A stretch of 64,000 nucleotides of DNA from Antedon mediterranea. Taxonomy: Eukaryota > Animalia > Echinodermata. The translations under genes and the position numbers were made by a program. Below the pieces are notes generated by a model. That model was not told where the DNA came from. It made no database searches and saw only the letters and a list, made by a program, of their open reading frames with translations. Each line of letters opens with the position of its first letter. The stretch's first letter is position 1. The stretch is from contig NC_092673.1 of NCBI RefSeq assembly GCF_964355755.1, positions 1,116,001 through 1,180,000 on the forward strand, read 5' to 3'. Shown piece by piece: positions 1 to 15,648 of this stretch.

Positions 1-258
1 GTGAGACGTAAAACTTCCTTTATTGCGACTCTTAATTATCGACCAAATAAATGAATGGCAATTTGGGTAAAAAGGATGAAATGTAACACAACCACCCAAG
101 AAGTATTGTTAGCAGAAACGGGTACTAAAAAATACCGTATTTTTATACCGTATTTTGAGCAGTTGCAGCAGAAACAGGCCCATAGAAGACTATTCTATAC
201 AGTTACACATTTATGAGAAATTCTTCTCCAATCCCAGATTTCCTCATCTTTTTTTGTA

Positions 259-411
259 AAGCTCTGTCTACACTATCAAACTTTATGCGACAAAAAATGT
301 GATGTCCCCATATATGGACATGATGATGTCATATTATCACTACCATATTTGGGAATATCACTCATGTTTGGGTTGGTACATCACACTTTTCGGTTTGGTA
401 GTGTAGTCAGA
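259..411 (+). mobile_element. MITE family A copy (right TIR degenerate)
   Basis: Starts AAGCTCTGTCTACACTATCAAACT with the same internal sequence as 46451-46577. Confidence 0.7.
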
Positions 412-3027
412 TTGGCCTGTTGTTTAAACTTTCATTCTGATAAAAATAATTATGAAAACATTCAAACACATACTATATATTTCTTCTGCATTTTAATAAC
501 AGTTACAATATTTTAAATGATTAGTAAGAAAATCCTACTTTTTGCAAAACTTGTTGTGTTCAACTACTGCACACCAACATTTTGAGGGGTTTTTAAAAGA
601 TGGTAATTATAAACTTATTTGTTTTTAGGGAAAACTTCTAATGAGTTTGTGTAATTGTTTTTGTGTTGGTTTTGTAAAACAGCCATTATATTCCCATGCT
701 CTCACAACACCCTTGATCTTTATATGAAACAAACAAATTGGAAGATGGTTTCAATCAAGTTTATTGGCTTTCATAATGCTTGACGACAGTAAGGTCGGCT
801 GAACTTTCCTCATTTTAGTATCGCTCATTTCAGTCTCAAACATGCTGTGAAATCATTTTGGTTATATTTAATAATGACTTTAATTTAGTAGTATTCTCTA
901 CACACCACATTATATATTAAACTTTTTTTTCATGCACTTTTTTAATCCTCAAAGCAGATTTCTATGCATCAACATTATCAAACCTTAATTTTTGCGTTTG
1001 TTTTAGGTCATACAAGCAGTAGGTAACATTGGCTAGATATAAAAGTAGATTATTATTCATATTATCTTTTATTTCCGAAAAAATAAAAATACAGTGGCAC
1101 CCAAAAGCTGAAATAAAGTATCTTTTAACAATTAAAAATTCGATAAATGAACAGCACTACTAGATATTAATACACTTACTTAATACTAAAAAAAAACTTA
1201 ATAAAAATCAAAAAACCATACAAAACAACAGAATTCACTGATACAAAAATATCAATATCTATGTAAAATATCATTACCATACAATATTCACAATTTATAA
1301 AGTAAAAATGAGTATCATTTATGAGATACAATATACAAAAGAGCAATTCTGTGTGTGTAACTAGATCATAAATGCGTCAAGAAAAAAATTAATTGAAATA
1401 CCAAAGCATACCAAACAAAATTAGAAGATTCTCTTGATTGAACACATCTTGATAACATTCATGTGTTTTCTTACTGTACACCTGCCTCGTGTTTGCTGGA
1501 TATTAAAAGAAAAACATTTTCATTGAAATCTGAAAATTCCACATTCTTTAATTATCGTATTGTATGAGTACTTCGATTAATAAATCATAATTATTTGATA
1601 AAAATATGATTCATCGTAATGTGCAATAATAACCTCTTTTGAATCTTTTACATTTAATTATGATTATTATTCATGTCATTATAGTTCTAATTATTATACA
1701 TTTTATTATCATTTATTATCTATATTAATGCTAAACACCCTTGAAGTTGTAAATTGTGCACTTTAAAGAACCCAGTACATCTTTCAGAAGAGTAGGCGGT
1801 TACCCTGGTGTACTGGTCTATTCAGCAGCTCCTGTCACTGTGCACAGACGAATAGGTGCCATTTGGTGGCAACGCTCGACACAAAGGAGCCCTTAGGAGT
1901 AGAAAATTGTTGTATGTGTCCTTTGCGTAATTCAGCCCAGTAGGCTGCAAGTCGTGGGTTATTCCCCATTTACCAAAGTCTCAAGATTTTCATCTTGGAA
2001 TTGAAAATAGTATCTCAACCATTTTGTATCGATGTCATCAAGACAAAACATTTATGAAAAAGGCTTTTCTATAAACCTCAGGCATTGTTAATACAAGATG
2101 TCACAATGCTGGATGAGTTTACATTTGTTATATTTAACCTGTAGTGTAAAAAAAAAATCTAAATACCCCAAAAAAAATCTTTAAATTTTAATGGAAGGAC
2201 TGTAACATTGTTAAGGCAAGCTGGTAACGAATGCACTTTTAATGAATTCTTATAATATCAATTTAAGAAGGCACTTAAATTAAATGATGTAATAATTGGT
2301 CCTCGTTGTATACGGTAATATCACAAAATGTTCACAACATGACGCCAGCAACTCAACAACAGACACTCACCATATGTACATCATCGTCTTGTTATTAACC
2401 AATCAGATTCGTCATAGCTTCTCTTAATTTTTTGTTTTCTTCATGTTTTGTTTGCATGTTAATGATGCTATTCCATATTTTGTGGGTCCTTTATTTTTAT
2501 TAATTTTTACAACATGACAACAAACATTTGCAATAAACTTTCTTCTTAGCCGATAAGTTATGATGTGAGATTTGAGATAGTTTGTTCTTTTATCATTTTC
2601 AAGATTTTGAATGAATACAGATTTTTAAAAAGTCAAACATTTAATTACCTTAGTTAGAATGAATGATAATTATTATCTGTGCTAAAGTTCTTCATTGATT
2701 TAGGTGGAAAACCTCTAAACTAAATGTTTATTTGGTTATCCTGTTAAAGAGGTCTTGTAACAGATGTCATGCCATTGTTTATTATCACTGACTACAAACT
2801 AGAGTTCAACGTCCACAGTCATTACCTTACTGCAGTTTGGCCCTCTACAATAACATTATTATAGGCCAATAATTATTTTCTCTCACACCTGGTACACAGC
2901 ATATACATTTCATTTTTTTTGCTTAATTCATTTTTGTGAATACTGTGCATTTAAGCATGGAGGTATACCTCCATGATTTAAGTAAACAGTATTTAAGGAA
3001 GGTAAAATTATATATGAATATAAAATA

Positions 3028-3160
3028 AGAAGGGCTAGTGTTGCCTCAAAGTTCTGCTACTTTTTCTTGCTGTTTTACTTTATTGTTTTGATTTAGCTTT
3101 TTGCTTAAAATATTTTATATTGTATCTCCATTGAGATCAGTAATTTGCCTTTGGATTTAA
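3028..3160 (+). mobile_element. 5'-truncated copy of the 15470 hammerhead-bearing repeat
   Basis: gaagggctagtgttgcc...gtatctccattgagatc...cagtaatttgcctttggatttaa shared with 15478-15640. Confidence 0.6.
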
Positions 3161-3904
3161 AATATATTGCTTTGCTATAATTAATAATATTATTTGCGAA
3201 ATGGCTTTAATGTGTTAAATAAATTTGATATATTTAACCGTAATTATCTGCAATTAAAATATTATTGCTTGAAACCTAAGGTATTTTAAAACTTCAATTA
3301 CAAGATCAGACAGTTTTCACACAACTTAAATACCATTACATTGTACTGTATGTTTCATTACAAATTGTGTATACATTATCTAATGTCTAAGCTGAATATA
3401 ATACCAAATTTGTCTCGAGAGAATTATATTAATTTTCATCAGACAAACTGACCTAATAAAGTTGCACTACAAGTGGAAGATTTTTCTGAGATTGCAAAAA
3501 TCTTCTCATAAACACCTTTTGTTGAATATGCCATTTTAAAGTTCACTTCGACCAAAAAGTGAAAAGAAATTAATTACCTAATAAAAATGTAATTTAAAGA
3601 AAAGAAATAGTCAACCAGAAGTCATTGTCTGAAAGTGATTTTTGGTTAGCATTATTTTTTTGTGTCTAGATAATAATTTTAGTTCGTAAACTTGCATGGC
3701 GAAATCACGTATATTTAGTTCTGAAAAAACTGTTGAGTTTCTCGACGATTTGATCAATATTATACTTTGATCGTCCTCAGGAGTGAGAATGCAGAAAGTC
3801 CAGGAAATGGGAATAAGTGAAATAGAGTGGGAGTAATGATAATAATTTGACAAAACTATGGTATCCCATGCATAATGTATTTGAGATGTTACGTCCATCA
3901 TTTC

Positions 3905-4110
3905 TTGTACTAATGGGTTTCGCATCAGCTTCTATCCAGCTGCCATTCGGGCACTGAATGCTAGTTGGGAAACCGTACGAGAGTGATGTGACATTATCAT
4001 TGTAATTGTGTTTTTTTTGTGTTATTTATATCTGTATTTTGTGTCTCGGAGCAAACACAATTTCTATGTATATATTTTGTTTTACTGTAAATGCAAATGA
4101 CAATTAAAAG
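3905..4110 (+). mobile_element. LINE 3' remnant (CR1/L2/Rex-type ORF2 C-terminus and 3' UTR)
   Basis: Frame reads TNGFRISFYPAAIRALN, resembling the RT.RF..SF.P.AIR.LN end of these ORF2s; followed by a (TATG)n tail. Confidence 0.55.
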
Positions 4111-7100
4111 GGAATAATGATTTCCACTAATGTATGTATGTATGTATGTATGTAAGTATGTATGTATGTAGTTTTGTTTCTATGGGGTTTCTATATGTGT
4201 AAGTAATGTGTGCAAGTTATACCCTGTATAGTATAAAGGAGAAATAAATAACTATAAAAGGTTTATTATCAATATATATTGATAATAAATGTCTTGTGTA
4301 TTAGAATGTCAATCAGGCATACCAATATTAACTTGAATTTATTACTGGCTCTGTTGGCCATGTAGAACATGCTCACCACAGAATAGCAATTACTGCTATC
4401 ACCCACACTAGTCTACAACTGATAATTATTTACTGTCCTACGCTTCCTTCCCACACAACACAAAGATGCACACCTAACTCAAATCGACCAATCACAGGTG
4501 GCGGATGATCCTGTTACTTGTGATTGGTCAAATTATTTATTTTTTCATACTTCTTTTCGTTTGTGAATGTGATTTTTAACCTATTTTCAGTTTTATTTTT
4601 ACATATTTTTTAGAATTTTATTAATCTACCATATTGTTTATTTTTTATTTATAAATAAATTTTGTTTATTTAAATTTAATTGATTTGATCTAAGTTTTAG
4701 GATTTTAATTATTGATCATTTTAAGGCATACTAAATTAGTCTGTTATCGTTTATCTGTTAACGTACAGTTAGTTTTTTACAGTTACTTGAGATTTTTTTT
4801 CCAATTTCTGTAAATTCTTTTGTAGAATTTATGGATTATTACCTAACATTCACATAAACCCATGGTTTGTAAGGTTGATATATAATATGTAATACAAGTT
4901 GTGTTTGCTAGTTGCTAACATATACATAATCCATTGGTTTGTCGTCTTGAGGCGAACTTCAACAAAGTTCTCAAACAATTACTTCAGATGAGTTTTGTCT
5001 CAGGCGTCAGCGACCGGTGCCTGATCACAGTTCGACTAGACGTGTTCTAATAATCTGCTTTATCCAAAAACTCTCTTAATGTGAGAAAACGTCAAATCCA
5101 AGACATCCATGCATGTTCATGCTAAAAGCAAGAAGAGGAGACATTGGGGGATGAGAAGCTTACTCGCTGTCACTAACAATTTAGCCCTCGTGCCGGTGTT
5201 GTACAAACGTCCAACCGTGCACAGCACGAGCAAAGGTAGGACTTCTCAAAATGTTGTTATCGTTCTAGGAATCCTGATCCTACTTTATTGTGACTTGTCA
5301 CATGTCCATGTTGACAGTGTTTATTTAGCCTGCCAATCAAGTTAAATCATTCTGACAAATTTAAAAGTCATTATCATCATGTCTAAACTTACATACAGTA
5401 TTTTGACTTATCAATCATTTTAATTTTGTTTGTTTATTACTGTCACTAAAAATACAGTAAAACACCAATCTACAATAAACATCAATTTACGAACCCTAAT
5501 TTTCCAAAAAAAGAATAAACAAAATTCTTTTATTGTCAAAAAAATATAAATTATTTACTCATGACTACGTAAAAAAAATCTTGTATACTTTCCACTATTT
5601 TTGGCTGGCATCCACAAGACACAGACATTATTATTACGTTATTTTTTCACATTCAATTCTATTTATTATATCATTTGCATAAAATACATAGAAAATGGTG
5701 TTTCTCTAAGACTAGACTACAGCACAATACAAAACACAAAAAAAGAAAAGTACAAACAAAAACATTCAGTGCTCTAATGGCAGATGGGTAAAAACTATTA
5801 CGGAGTCTATATTGGTATAAGAGGTGATGGACCAGAAGCAGAAGCATTGCTCAGGTTCTTGGCCCAGGTTATCATTACCTTGCATTGACCCAATACTCAG
5901 GTGTACCACTGAACTTTCAATTACTCTTCTGCTATACAAAATATATCCATATATCCTCGGGTCTAATCCCACCATCTACTTTGATTTCACAACCAGGCAT
6001 ATCCCCGGGTATAGTCCCAGTATTGACCTTTGGTCTGGATGTAGGCCTTTCTCTTGCCAACTCAGATGAGTTTTTACAAGAAATGCTTACCAATAATGTT
6101 TTTTTCCTGAAACAGGGTTTCCCTAAGTATATCCCTACCCCCAAAGTCAGCCTAATTTCGTTTCTAGGTGAGTGGGATTATACAGTACATACATTATCAA
6201 ATATTCATCTTTCTCTGAACCTAATATGGAACACTTATACATGATTAGATGTATTTTCATAGTCATGTTTGTGGGGATTTACCAGCATAAGTTCAGCTGT
6301 GTGTGAAATTAATGTTTAAATTCAACTGACCTATTTCTGCAATTTCACATTTATTGAATACAGTTAGGGCAGATTTAAGGTGAATCTACTGTGTTTGACC
6401 TAACTAATTTCAGATTTAGAAAACAAAAATTAACTGAATAAATTTAATCAGCATAATAATTGGTATTTATGATAGAATATGCTATATTTAATGTAATAAA
6501 TTAAATGAAAAATTATTGAAAATACTGTAAAAAAAATTGATTACAAAATTAAACGCAGAAATAACCTGTCAATATAGACAGCCTAATGGTCGGGCATGGA
6601 TCATTGATACAAATTGTTGATGACCTCTGCTGACCTTTTAGCGAATCTAATACATTCGCACATTCTTTCGTGGAAGTTGAAAGTAGTACGCTTTATCTGG
6701 CATGGAAATTTGACTCGTTTTATATTGAATTATATAATTGAACACATTTGAATCGTTGGTGTGACCGTTTATTACCTTCTGATAACGCAGATGATAAAAC
6801 TAGCATCTACGGAATGAGAATCCCAACGAGTAGCGTACGCTTAATACTTAAACTTTATTTTGTATAATCTACATAACAACTTGCCGGGTACGTTTGAAAT
6901 TGTGTAATAAAAATAAACGGTTGAAAACTAGTGCAAAGTATGCGGCCTAATTTCTTTTAATTACGTTCTTGTGAAAGTACCACGTTGTCTCCGTCTGTAA
7001 ACATTTATTCATCATGTGTTTCAGAAATCATATGATTCCTCTTAGAAACAAAATGTAAAATAGTTTTAAATAATTGTTTAATTTGATTCATTCATTTGCA

Positions 7101-9649
7101 TTTATTTAGTCATCGTTTATAACTTTACAATTACAGTATAAAATAAGCGACTTCGATAACTCCAGAGGGCGCCATATTTACCAGGTAAATCGGGACAAAC
7201 ATTTCTATTAAGGCCCTAGCATGGTGAGGAACATTTTTTGTCCCGATTTACCTTTTTAAAATCCTGCATAAAGATGTTTACAATTCTGTTTTTTGCATGA
7301 CCCTTTTACATAAAAACATAAAAATAAAACACAATATAAATAAAATCACTAATACAAATTACAAATATCGTATACATTATCACCTACCGTAAATGAATAC
7401 TCATAATTTGAATACATTTTGTTGGTCTTTCTATAAAATGATTAAAAATGCATAGATGACATAATAGTTTTGTTTGCGAAAGCAATTTAGCCAGTTGTCT
7501 GTGTTGTTTCTCCAGGCAAGGAAATGTAGGTAACTATTGTATTTATCACACACTATTTAACCTGTTTTATATAACTGAAAAGTAGCTTCTTCAGTAGTAA
7601 AAGATGCAGATTAATATTTAGTTCATTGCCATGGTTAAGATAAAAGTATTTTAGTTTAAGATAAGCAATAATAATAATAAGCAATATTTGATACCAATGT
7701 CCTTTTATATGAACTTTAAAGTTTTATTTTTTATGAATTTTAACATTTTTAAAATGTTTTGTACATGTGAATTTTACCTTTTTTAAAATCTGTTTGAGAC
7801 TTAACTTTTATAAATCCTCTTGTATCTTTATGTTTGAATGTCGTCTGTATATTTTTGAGTAGTACAGTAAAGCTGTTAAAGCTACTCTTGTAGAATAAAG
7901 TTGAGTAAATAATAATAAATAAAAATACAGTAATAAAAGAGGCAGTCTACATATTAACTCACAAATTATTTCTTGTTTTTTATTCTGGAAATAAAGTTCA
8001 TATTGTTTATGAATTGCTAACATTCATGCTTTTGTTACATATAAGTGACATTTGTTTGATAAATGCTGCGTCTATTGGCAAGGTGATAGCTCTACTCATT
8101 CATGTATTATTATTCTGTGAAATTCAGCATCAAATGGTCTTCGAAGAATTCACATCAATTAATGAATATCAAACATTAAATATAACAATGTTTATTGATA
8201 GCTGACATTTGGTAACATTTAACCAATAGAACAAAATTTGAATATGATATGTGAATATACGAATTTGAAGATATTATGGAAATAATAACATTTGATTTGA
8301 TTTGATAATAATAGGATAAGATTGATCATATATTCTATTGGTTTGGAAAATGATTAGAAGCTCAAAATAACAAAGGGAGCAGATACAATATAATATGAAG
8401 AAGTTCAACGTTATTCAAGAACGAAAAAATAGATACTTTTTATTAAACAAATATTTATATTGATGATTAAGATATTATTTATTATTGTGTACATTTAAAA
8501 ATGAATTTATCAAAAATCAAAATTTAAAGTAATAACTTAATAATATTATCTGTTAGTGAGCCAAATCAGCTCACTTTCTGTAAATAAAACAAATATTCAG
8601 AAATATCATTAAATTAAAATATTTAAATAAAATAAATGACTAATCCATACTAAAACCAAACATACAGAATTGAATTGAATGAAACGTCTGTGAGCCTGAG
8701 ACCAATGGTTATCTATAACGTAAATAAAACAGTATTATCTTAAGCTTCACTTTAAAAGTACAGTCAATTTATTGTTATATCACAGTACCGTATGTTTTAT
8801 TACAAGTTAATCTTGAACTGTTGTTGTTTTTTAACGATTACGATGTGCGACATTATTATGCCAGATAAACATTGATATTCTTTGTGAATCATTCTCATAA
8901 CATTTTACATCATTTTCTTTTCTTGCATATTTCTTTATCATCACCCTTTCTCTAACATGTGACCGAGTAGTCATGGGATTTTTGATTTGAAATTGGAGTT
9001 GGCATCAGAAATGTGTTGAGAAATTAAAATCGACTGAGTAGGTTATGAACGACACAAGTGTGATGGGTAGGGTGCCTGGTGTCACTATTTTCTCCCTGTG
9101 TGAATGCACAACGTCCGATTACATCCCCTTGACAAGCCAACTACCAAAGATTCATTCTACCATCTGTCCGTAAACGCTTTAATACCAATCTGATTACCTT
9201 TAATTCAATTTACTTCATTCGTTTTGCGATCTGGACGTCTTGCCTACGTTTTATGTTTCTGTTTCATCTGTTCTTTTTCTTCTTATAGTGTATTATCTAT
9301 GATTAGGTTGGATATAAGGCATTCCTTAGTAATCGGCTTGTTTATCGTTCTTTACAAATTGAGAATGTATCTGTAGGTGGTAATTATAAACCTATTTATT
9401 TCATTTTGTAAAAATATCTTGATGCAATTAAGGAACTCGTTTCTGTATCGATATTAATGTGCAGGTTAAATTGGTTGACGTTGGTGAATGGTTCTTGAGC
9501 GAGCAGAATCTTTGTCAAAGAATATGAACTGCTTCTTTTACATCTTAAATTTAGTTTATAAAATACAGTACTGTATATCCCCTACTTGAGGGGACACTCC
9601 GTTGGGTCCTGAAGTTGTCCCCTCAATAACATTTTGTTAGATTGGTTGT

Positions 9650-9975
9650 TTTTTTTTTTTACTATTTGTTCAATTTATTCATTTATTCATTTCCCAACCA
9701 ACAGTGAACTCATGGTTCACCACTTACAGGAGGGAACACAGACAAACACAAAACATATACAATAAAAAACATGAAACTAAACTACTAACAATGTTACGAA
9801 ACTTACAGAAATTATTACTAAAGATATCTAACTCAGGGTTTCTTTAAGTAAAAGAATTATAAGTTTGACTTAATCTATTAATAAAACCATTTTTTAAAAC
9901 ATTTAATCTACTAAAAGAAAAATGAAAAGTAGGATTTCTTCTAAGACGTCTAGGGACTCTAAGATAAAAATTACA
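9650..9975 (-). mobile_element. LINE 3' remnant (CR1-like)
   Basis: Minus frame reads LRVPRRLRRNPTFHFSFSRLNVLKNGFINR, then a UTR ending in an A-rich tail. Confidence 0.4.
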
Positions 9976-12900
9976 ATTTTGTTAGGGTTACGGTACATGT
10001 TTAATGTGCTTTGCTTTTGTTTCCAATTTACATTTTAGTGTATTTGTATATATTGTGATTTTGGAATAAAAATGTCGATGATTGATTGATTGATTGTTTT
10101 AAGAATTTTCCTTAAATAAAGGATTTATTTTCTGAAATGTTGTAATATCATTATAATTTGGTTACTGCCATTGAAGAAGACACTAGAGGAACTTGTACCT
10201 GATTAGGCTAGATAGCAGTACATTAATGACTTTTATCTCTTATCAACTCAGCAAGTATTGTAATAAATCTAAACAAACCATGTTAGTATAGGAATTAATT
10301 TCCTGTGATTATAGTTGACATGAATTGCATAACTGCAAGTCCCATGTTACTGCAGTATGTCCTCAAGGCACACCATGTTACTGCAGTATGTTTGCTTTGT
10401 CCTCCAGGCATCCTATAAAGAAACTCTTGAGACAGGCTGAGAATTCTAAACTGTTATTGGAAGATAATATTGTATCTCTTCCAAATGATGTTTTGGACGA
10501 ATCTTCTTATCTACACTCCTGCACATTTTAATTAGACCTTTTTTTGGGTACCTGGAAAATATTGGAGTTGCGCACATTTGATGCTTTTAGTACTTTGTTC
10601 TGACTTGGACGCAAGCAAGGACGTGAGTGTAACGCAAGTTTGACCAATCGGTCCATCGGAAGCATTGGATTGTCTGAACTGTCGCTTTTGATTGGTCAAA
10701 TCACTTGCATTGCGCTCCCGATTGCGCTTACGTTCTTGCATTGCGTCTTAGTGGGAACAAAGCTTTAATGTTTTTTAAGCAAATATGTACAGATTCAATG
10801 TACTTCCTTATTGTATGTCTTTGTGACTTCCTGTTTTACAAATTCTGGACATTCCTATGCGGTACATGATACATTTATTGTTACTTTAAAGAGAGAAAAA
10901 ATAAATCACAATTTAAACATTTATATATATACTAAGGTTAAAACAAGAAAAAATATAGAAATTTTCAATAAAAAATTTAGTTTAAGATATATACTGAATT
11001 ATGAGTGAAAGGAGTAAATTGGGGCAATAAGATTTTTTTCCCTTCAACTACAATGGTACCTGCTTTTCAAACCAGTCTCAAAAGTGATATTTATTGAAAA
11101 GTCATGTAGTAGACACATGTCCAAAATCTGCACTGGAATGTCATTTACAACAAGTCAATAATATTCTTTTCATGTCATTACCATGACAACACAGTTTTTT
11201 CATACACTTTGCAGCCATCTTGGATGAACTGTAAGCCAAGCGAATTTCAGCGAGGTTGATCAGGCAGCTGTAGATACATCTCTTGAGGAATAGTTCAACT
11301 TGGTTCTGATTTTACTGCGAAATATTGTATATTTGTGTAATATAATACTGCACATGAATATTCACCTCACCTTACAATTTAATATGGCTGCTCAAATGAT
11401 ATTGAATGCCATCACCAACAGTAAAATGTATATTTTCCAACATTTCTGTGTATTTGAATAATATATGCCTTTATATTTATTTTTTATGTAATCATTTCCT
11501 TAGAAGGAATGAATAATTTTAGTTGCTAATATTTCTTATTTTATTTTCTTAATTTGATTTAAAATGTTGCTAAGATTTCTTATGTAGCTATTGTAAAACA
11601 TAATTTCATGTCTTCTGAGATTTAACCAAGGCTATCCAAGGCATTATCAATAGATATCATATCCATTATATATCAACTTGTGAACTTCCAACCTTTATAT
11701 TATGCCTCTAACATTTACAGAAACGACTGAAAATCTTAAATAAATTTTATTTTGCAAACTACAGTATACTTGAACCGAGTGTAGGCTACAGAATAATCGG
11801 AACTAGAAAATAAAAATATTAGATAAATACAATTCCAAAAGCGTAAGTCAATCAACTAATTAATAATTTCTACAGGATAAAGAATGCCAAACATATATAT
11901 GATCTTTTAGGAAAATACTATTTTAAACAGAATAAGCAACCAACCAATTCACCGTCTTTTTCAAATTTCTATTTTTATTGCCACAAGAATTAATAAATAA
12001 ATTGACTAAATAAAACTAATATATTTATATAGTTTTTTGAATTATAGAAGAATTAATTTATCTAACGTATTAAGTTAATTAGAACTTGGTACAAGATGTA
12101 CTATTAAGTTCACCGTTTAGTGCGGCTTCTACAAGTTTCATTAGTAACTTGAAACACACTGTTGTTAATGACAAACTTGATGATGTCACTATACTTTAAA
12201 GTAACCATTACCACCAACAGAAATTTAACTTAAAAATTACTCAGAAATGTTACCTTATTTGAATCCAAATTATAAAGTAAAATTAACAATAATACAGAAA
12301 CATTTGTAGAGTGCGTTTAAAGTTTGTTTGAAGAAAACAAGATACAAAGTACAAAAAAGCGGAAATGATTAAATTTGCATTTAAGATTCTTCGATAAGTC
12401 CCAAAAGTGTAACTTAAAAGTGATGATAGTAGTGATATATATACAACTGTGTGTTCCAATGTTCACTCTCTGAAATGTTAATTATTAGAAACTAAATAAA
12501 CCAATGCAGTAGATTGTTGAGCATTTTGTATGCATCTGTCATCAGAGCAATGTGCTTTAAAACAATATGGACACACTACTTTTGAAGAATCAATTCAATC
12601 TGGCATACATTTTATAATACAGATTATATTATATTATAGTAATCATACTAATAATAATGTAGACTTATTGTTTGTTTCATAGTGCATTGACACAACAATT
12701 AGTTTACATTAGAGAAATACATTAAGTATCATACATTTATATTTTTAACGTAAAGTTTGTTTGTATTTTCCAAGGTTACTAGAGGCGTTGTGATATGCTT
12801 ATGCAGAAATACTCTACGGTGTAATATCTGTGTCGAAAACTGCTTCTGGCCAAATAAATTTAAGCTAAATTGAAAGGTTGGTGGCTGTTACATATCATTT

Positions 12901-13951
12901 GAGATTTGCCAGTAGGCGGATACTTCACCACTCAACAGTGAAAATGTCCGTATGAAAGGTAACCATCACAAATTATCTGGGTACGCGAGCCGCATTGAGG
13001 GTGAATCCAATTAGAGAAATGCACAGTAACCATCTGACAATAGACTAAGTGGTCAATAAAGCATGACAAGATAGAGATTGTCTATTTAATCTCAATTTTA
13101 TATTATGTTTTTACAAAGTATACACTGTACAAAACAAACAAAAAGTTTAAAAATCTCTAAAAAAGACATCTACAAATTACAGTGTAAAGAAAAGTAATTA
13201 AAACTAATGTATGTTATTCTTCTTTCTTATTTTAATTTTGTAGAAACGTGACCATAATAGTATCTCATTATAACAATGGATGTTTCTTTCTTCTTATGTA
13301 GATTTTTTTCTTTTATATAAATAACACAATCTATTGACAGACTACTCATTTCTGGCAACTCATTGGGAATCGCCCGTCAACAAAGAGTTCATTATTTAGA
13401 GGGAAAAAAAGGACATTTAAGGGGAGCTGTCGCGTGGTGAGTATGATAGGCCTACATTTAGATCACTAGATAATAGTAGATGAATTCTTATTTTTCCCAA
13501 ACAATATTCAAATTGTGCTTTTTAATTATCACTGATGCAATACTAGTTTTCTACAAGTTCTCCATCTGTTTTCAACCACTAACTTCCGGTAGTCGCTTAA
13601 TCATTTTGCTTAAACAAAATCAAGTCCCTCTGTCGATTAAGATGTGAGAAACAGTTGTGGCTTAATTCCAAGATCATTTCGGACCGACTGATAGATGTGG
13701 CCTCAATTTGTAAGCTTTAGGCTTATGTTCACATTGTACTGCCTACATTTGAACTCAACACATGTCATTGAAAGCGTATGACAACTGTGGTGCTAACGGC
13801 ATCAATACATTTTGTTTGTGTCCGTGTATTTGTCCATGTACTGGATAATTCTTTAGTAAGAAGTGTCTCATTTAAGGTTATTAGGAAATGATCATTACAA
13901 ACAACATAGAAGAAATATAAAGTGCAGGTGCTTAGTATAACTAATAATGGG

Positions 13952-14153
13952 TACACTATCAAACTAGTTTGACAAAAAAAGTGGGATGGTCAAATATGGT
14001 AGTGATACTGCTCAAATATGGTATATATATGGGCATATCATATTTTTTGTTACATCGACTTAGAGTTTATGATAGTGATATGACATCATCATATCCATAT
14101 ATGGGCACATCTCCTTTTTTGTTGCATAGAGTTTGATAGTGCAGACAGAGCTT
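13952..14153 (-). mobile_element. MITE family A copy, inverted
   Basis: acactatcaaactagtttg...gtttgatagtgcagacagagctt. Confidence 0.7.
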
Positions 14154-15300
14154 TACTAAGAATAGGTGGTTGGTCAAACATGAAATTCATACATTTTTCT
14201 CCATGGTTTGTTTACACATTAACATTGAGCTTAATATTGCAGGATAAAATTAAAACTTCACTATGATGTTGAGTCAAAATTCATATGCGTCAAAAGGCCT
14301 ACAACAGCTGTCAATCAATGTCAATCAGTTTAGCCGAGATCTGCATTTCTTGTGTTTGTTTATGAAACCATTGAGGAATTAGTTCGGTTTTTGGATGACG
14401 AAACCAGCGAACCTGAGTCAACACAATTATTAAACATGACATTATGATAAAGATTATCTATAGATCACTGTCGTGCTATGACTAAAAAAAATCTATCAAA
14501 CTGAAAAAATATTATTTGTTATTCTGATGGTTTATTGACCAGATGGACAAAAGGCAATGTTTGAATGTGTCCTCTATTGTCTTTGAATGACCTTTTATCA
14601 ATGTAAACAATTTTGCATGCATTTAAAACTGTCAATATAATGCACTTATGTCAAAATCATAAATGAAAAATGTATTTAAATTTTGACAGAACAAAAGCAT
14701 ACATACATGTACAGATTAGTTTTATTGACTATTGTAAAGATTAGATTCTTCTTATGAATAACATGGTATGATTTTCAGGTAAAATTACACTTTTATCTTC
14801 TTTTTTTTTTATTGTCAGTCGTCGGGGAATTAGTATCAATGTAATCCACCTTAGTAGTAGTGATGAATATACGGCTTTGAAATAATATAGCATGAAAAAT
14901 AAACAGCAAATATATGTTTTATATTCTGTATTGTGATTGGTCATGGCAGGTAAGTTAGTTTGCTATAGGCGAGTTTTTTACTAGCCAAAAAATGATGTTT
15001 TACCCCAAAAATTAAAAAAACAATTAAAAAAAAAGTGTGTAGTACACACACGATTCAGTAACCTTTATGTTTGTTGCGATGGGGTTTGCTCTGTTTTTTT
15101 TTTGGGTGTGTGTGTTTAGCAATAGCAATGCAGCTTATAGGAGATGCTCAGGCCGAATTGGACAGGCCACTTTATTATTAATTTGTACAGCTGGCTCTAC
15201 CAATGTCATTTTTACTGAAAGGACAATGATCAATACAATGTCAAATAAGTTCTACATTGCAATCGGTGAAAAATATTTGTATGAGTTTGAACAATACCAA

Positions 15301-15363
15301 GCCCCAGTGGTCTAATGGCTAGGACATCTGCATATCAAGCAGGCGGTCCGAGTTGGAGTCTCC
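15301..15363 (+). mobile_element. tRNA-derived SINE head or tRNA pseudogene
   Basis: A-box-like TGGTCTAATGG, CTGC/GCAG stem around a 7-nt loop, degenerate B-box GAGTTGGAGTC; no intact acceptor stem. Confidence 0.55.
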
Positions 15364-15469
15364 TCATCTTTATTGTTTCAAATTAATTAATTAAATTTCA
15401 TTATATCACCGGGCGGTTTAGAATTAATGTTCTTTGCCTGATGTGTTTATATATATATATATATCACTT

Positions 15470-15506
15470 GCACTGATGAAGGGCTAGTGTTGCCCGAAAG
15501 TTCTGC
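15470..15506 (+). ncRNA. Minimal type I hammerhead ribozyme of Penelope-like (pLTR) type
   Basis: GCA CTGATGA A GGGC TAGTGTT GCCC GAAA GTTC TGC; heads a dispersed repeat also seen at about 3028 and 61245. Confidence 0.65.
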
Positions 15507-15640
15507 TAACTTTTCTGGCTGTTTTACTTATCGTTTTGATTTAGCTTTTCTCTCTTTTTTTGTATCTCCATTGAGATCCAGCCATTGATCCATCCACCCA
15601 CAGCATTGTCATTTTTCCAGTAATTTGCCTTTGGATTTAA
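15470..15640 (+). mobile_element. Penelope-like/retrozyme-like dispersed repeat with hammerhead head
   Basis: Near-identical sequence at 3028-3160 and a diverged copy at 61243-61310. Confidence 0.55.
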
Positions 15641-15648
15641 TATCCAAT

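Noticed and set aside
5109-6244. Cluster of overlapping ORFs on both strands
   Set aside because: No recognisable domain; probably a decayed retroelement, but I cannot assign it from the sequence.
15301-15363. Functional tRNA gene
   Set aside because: Degenerate B-box and no acceptor stem; treated as a SINE head. B-box-like fragments near 60095 and 60815 were rejected for the same reason.
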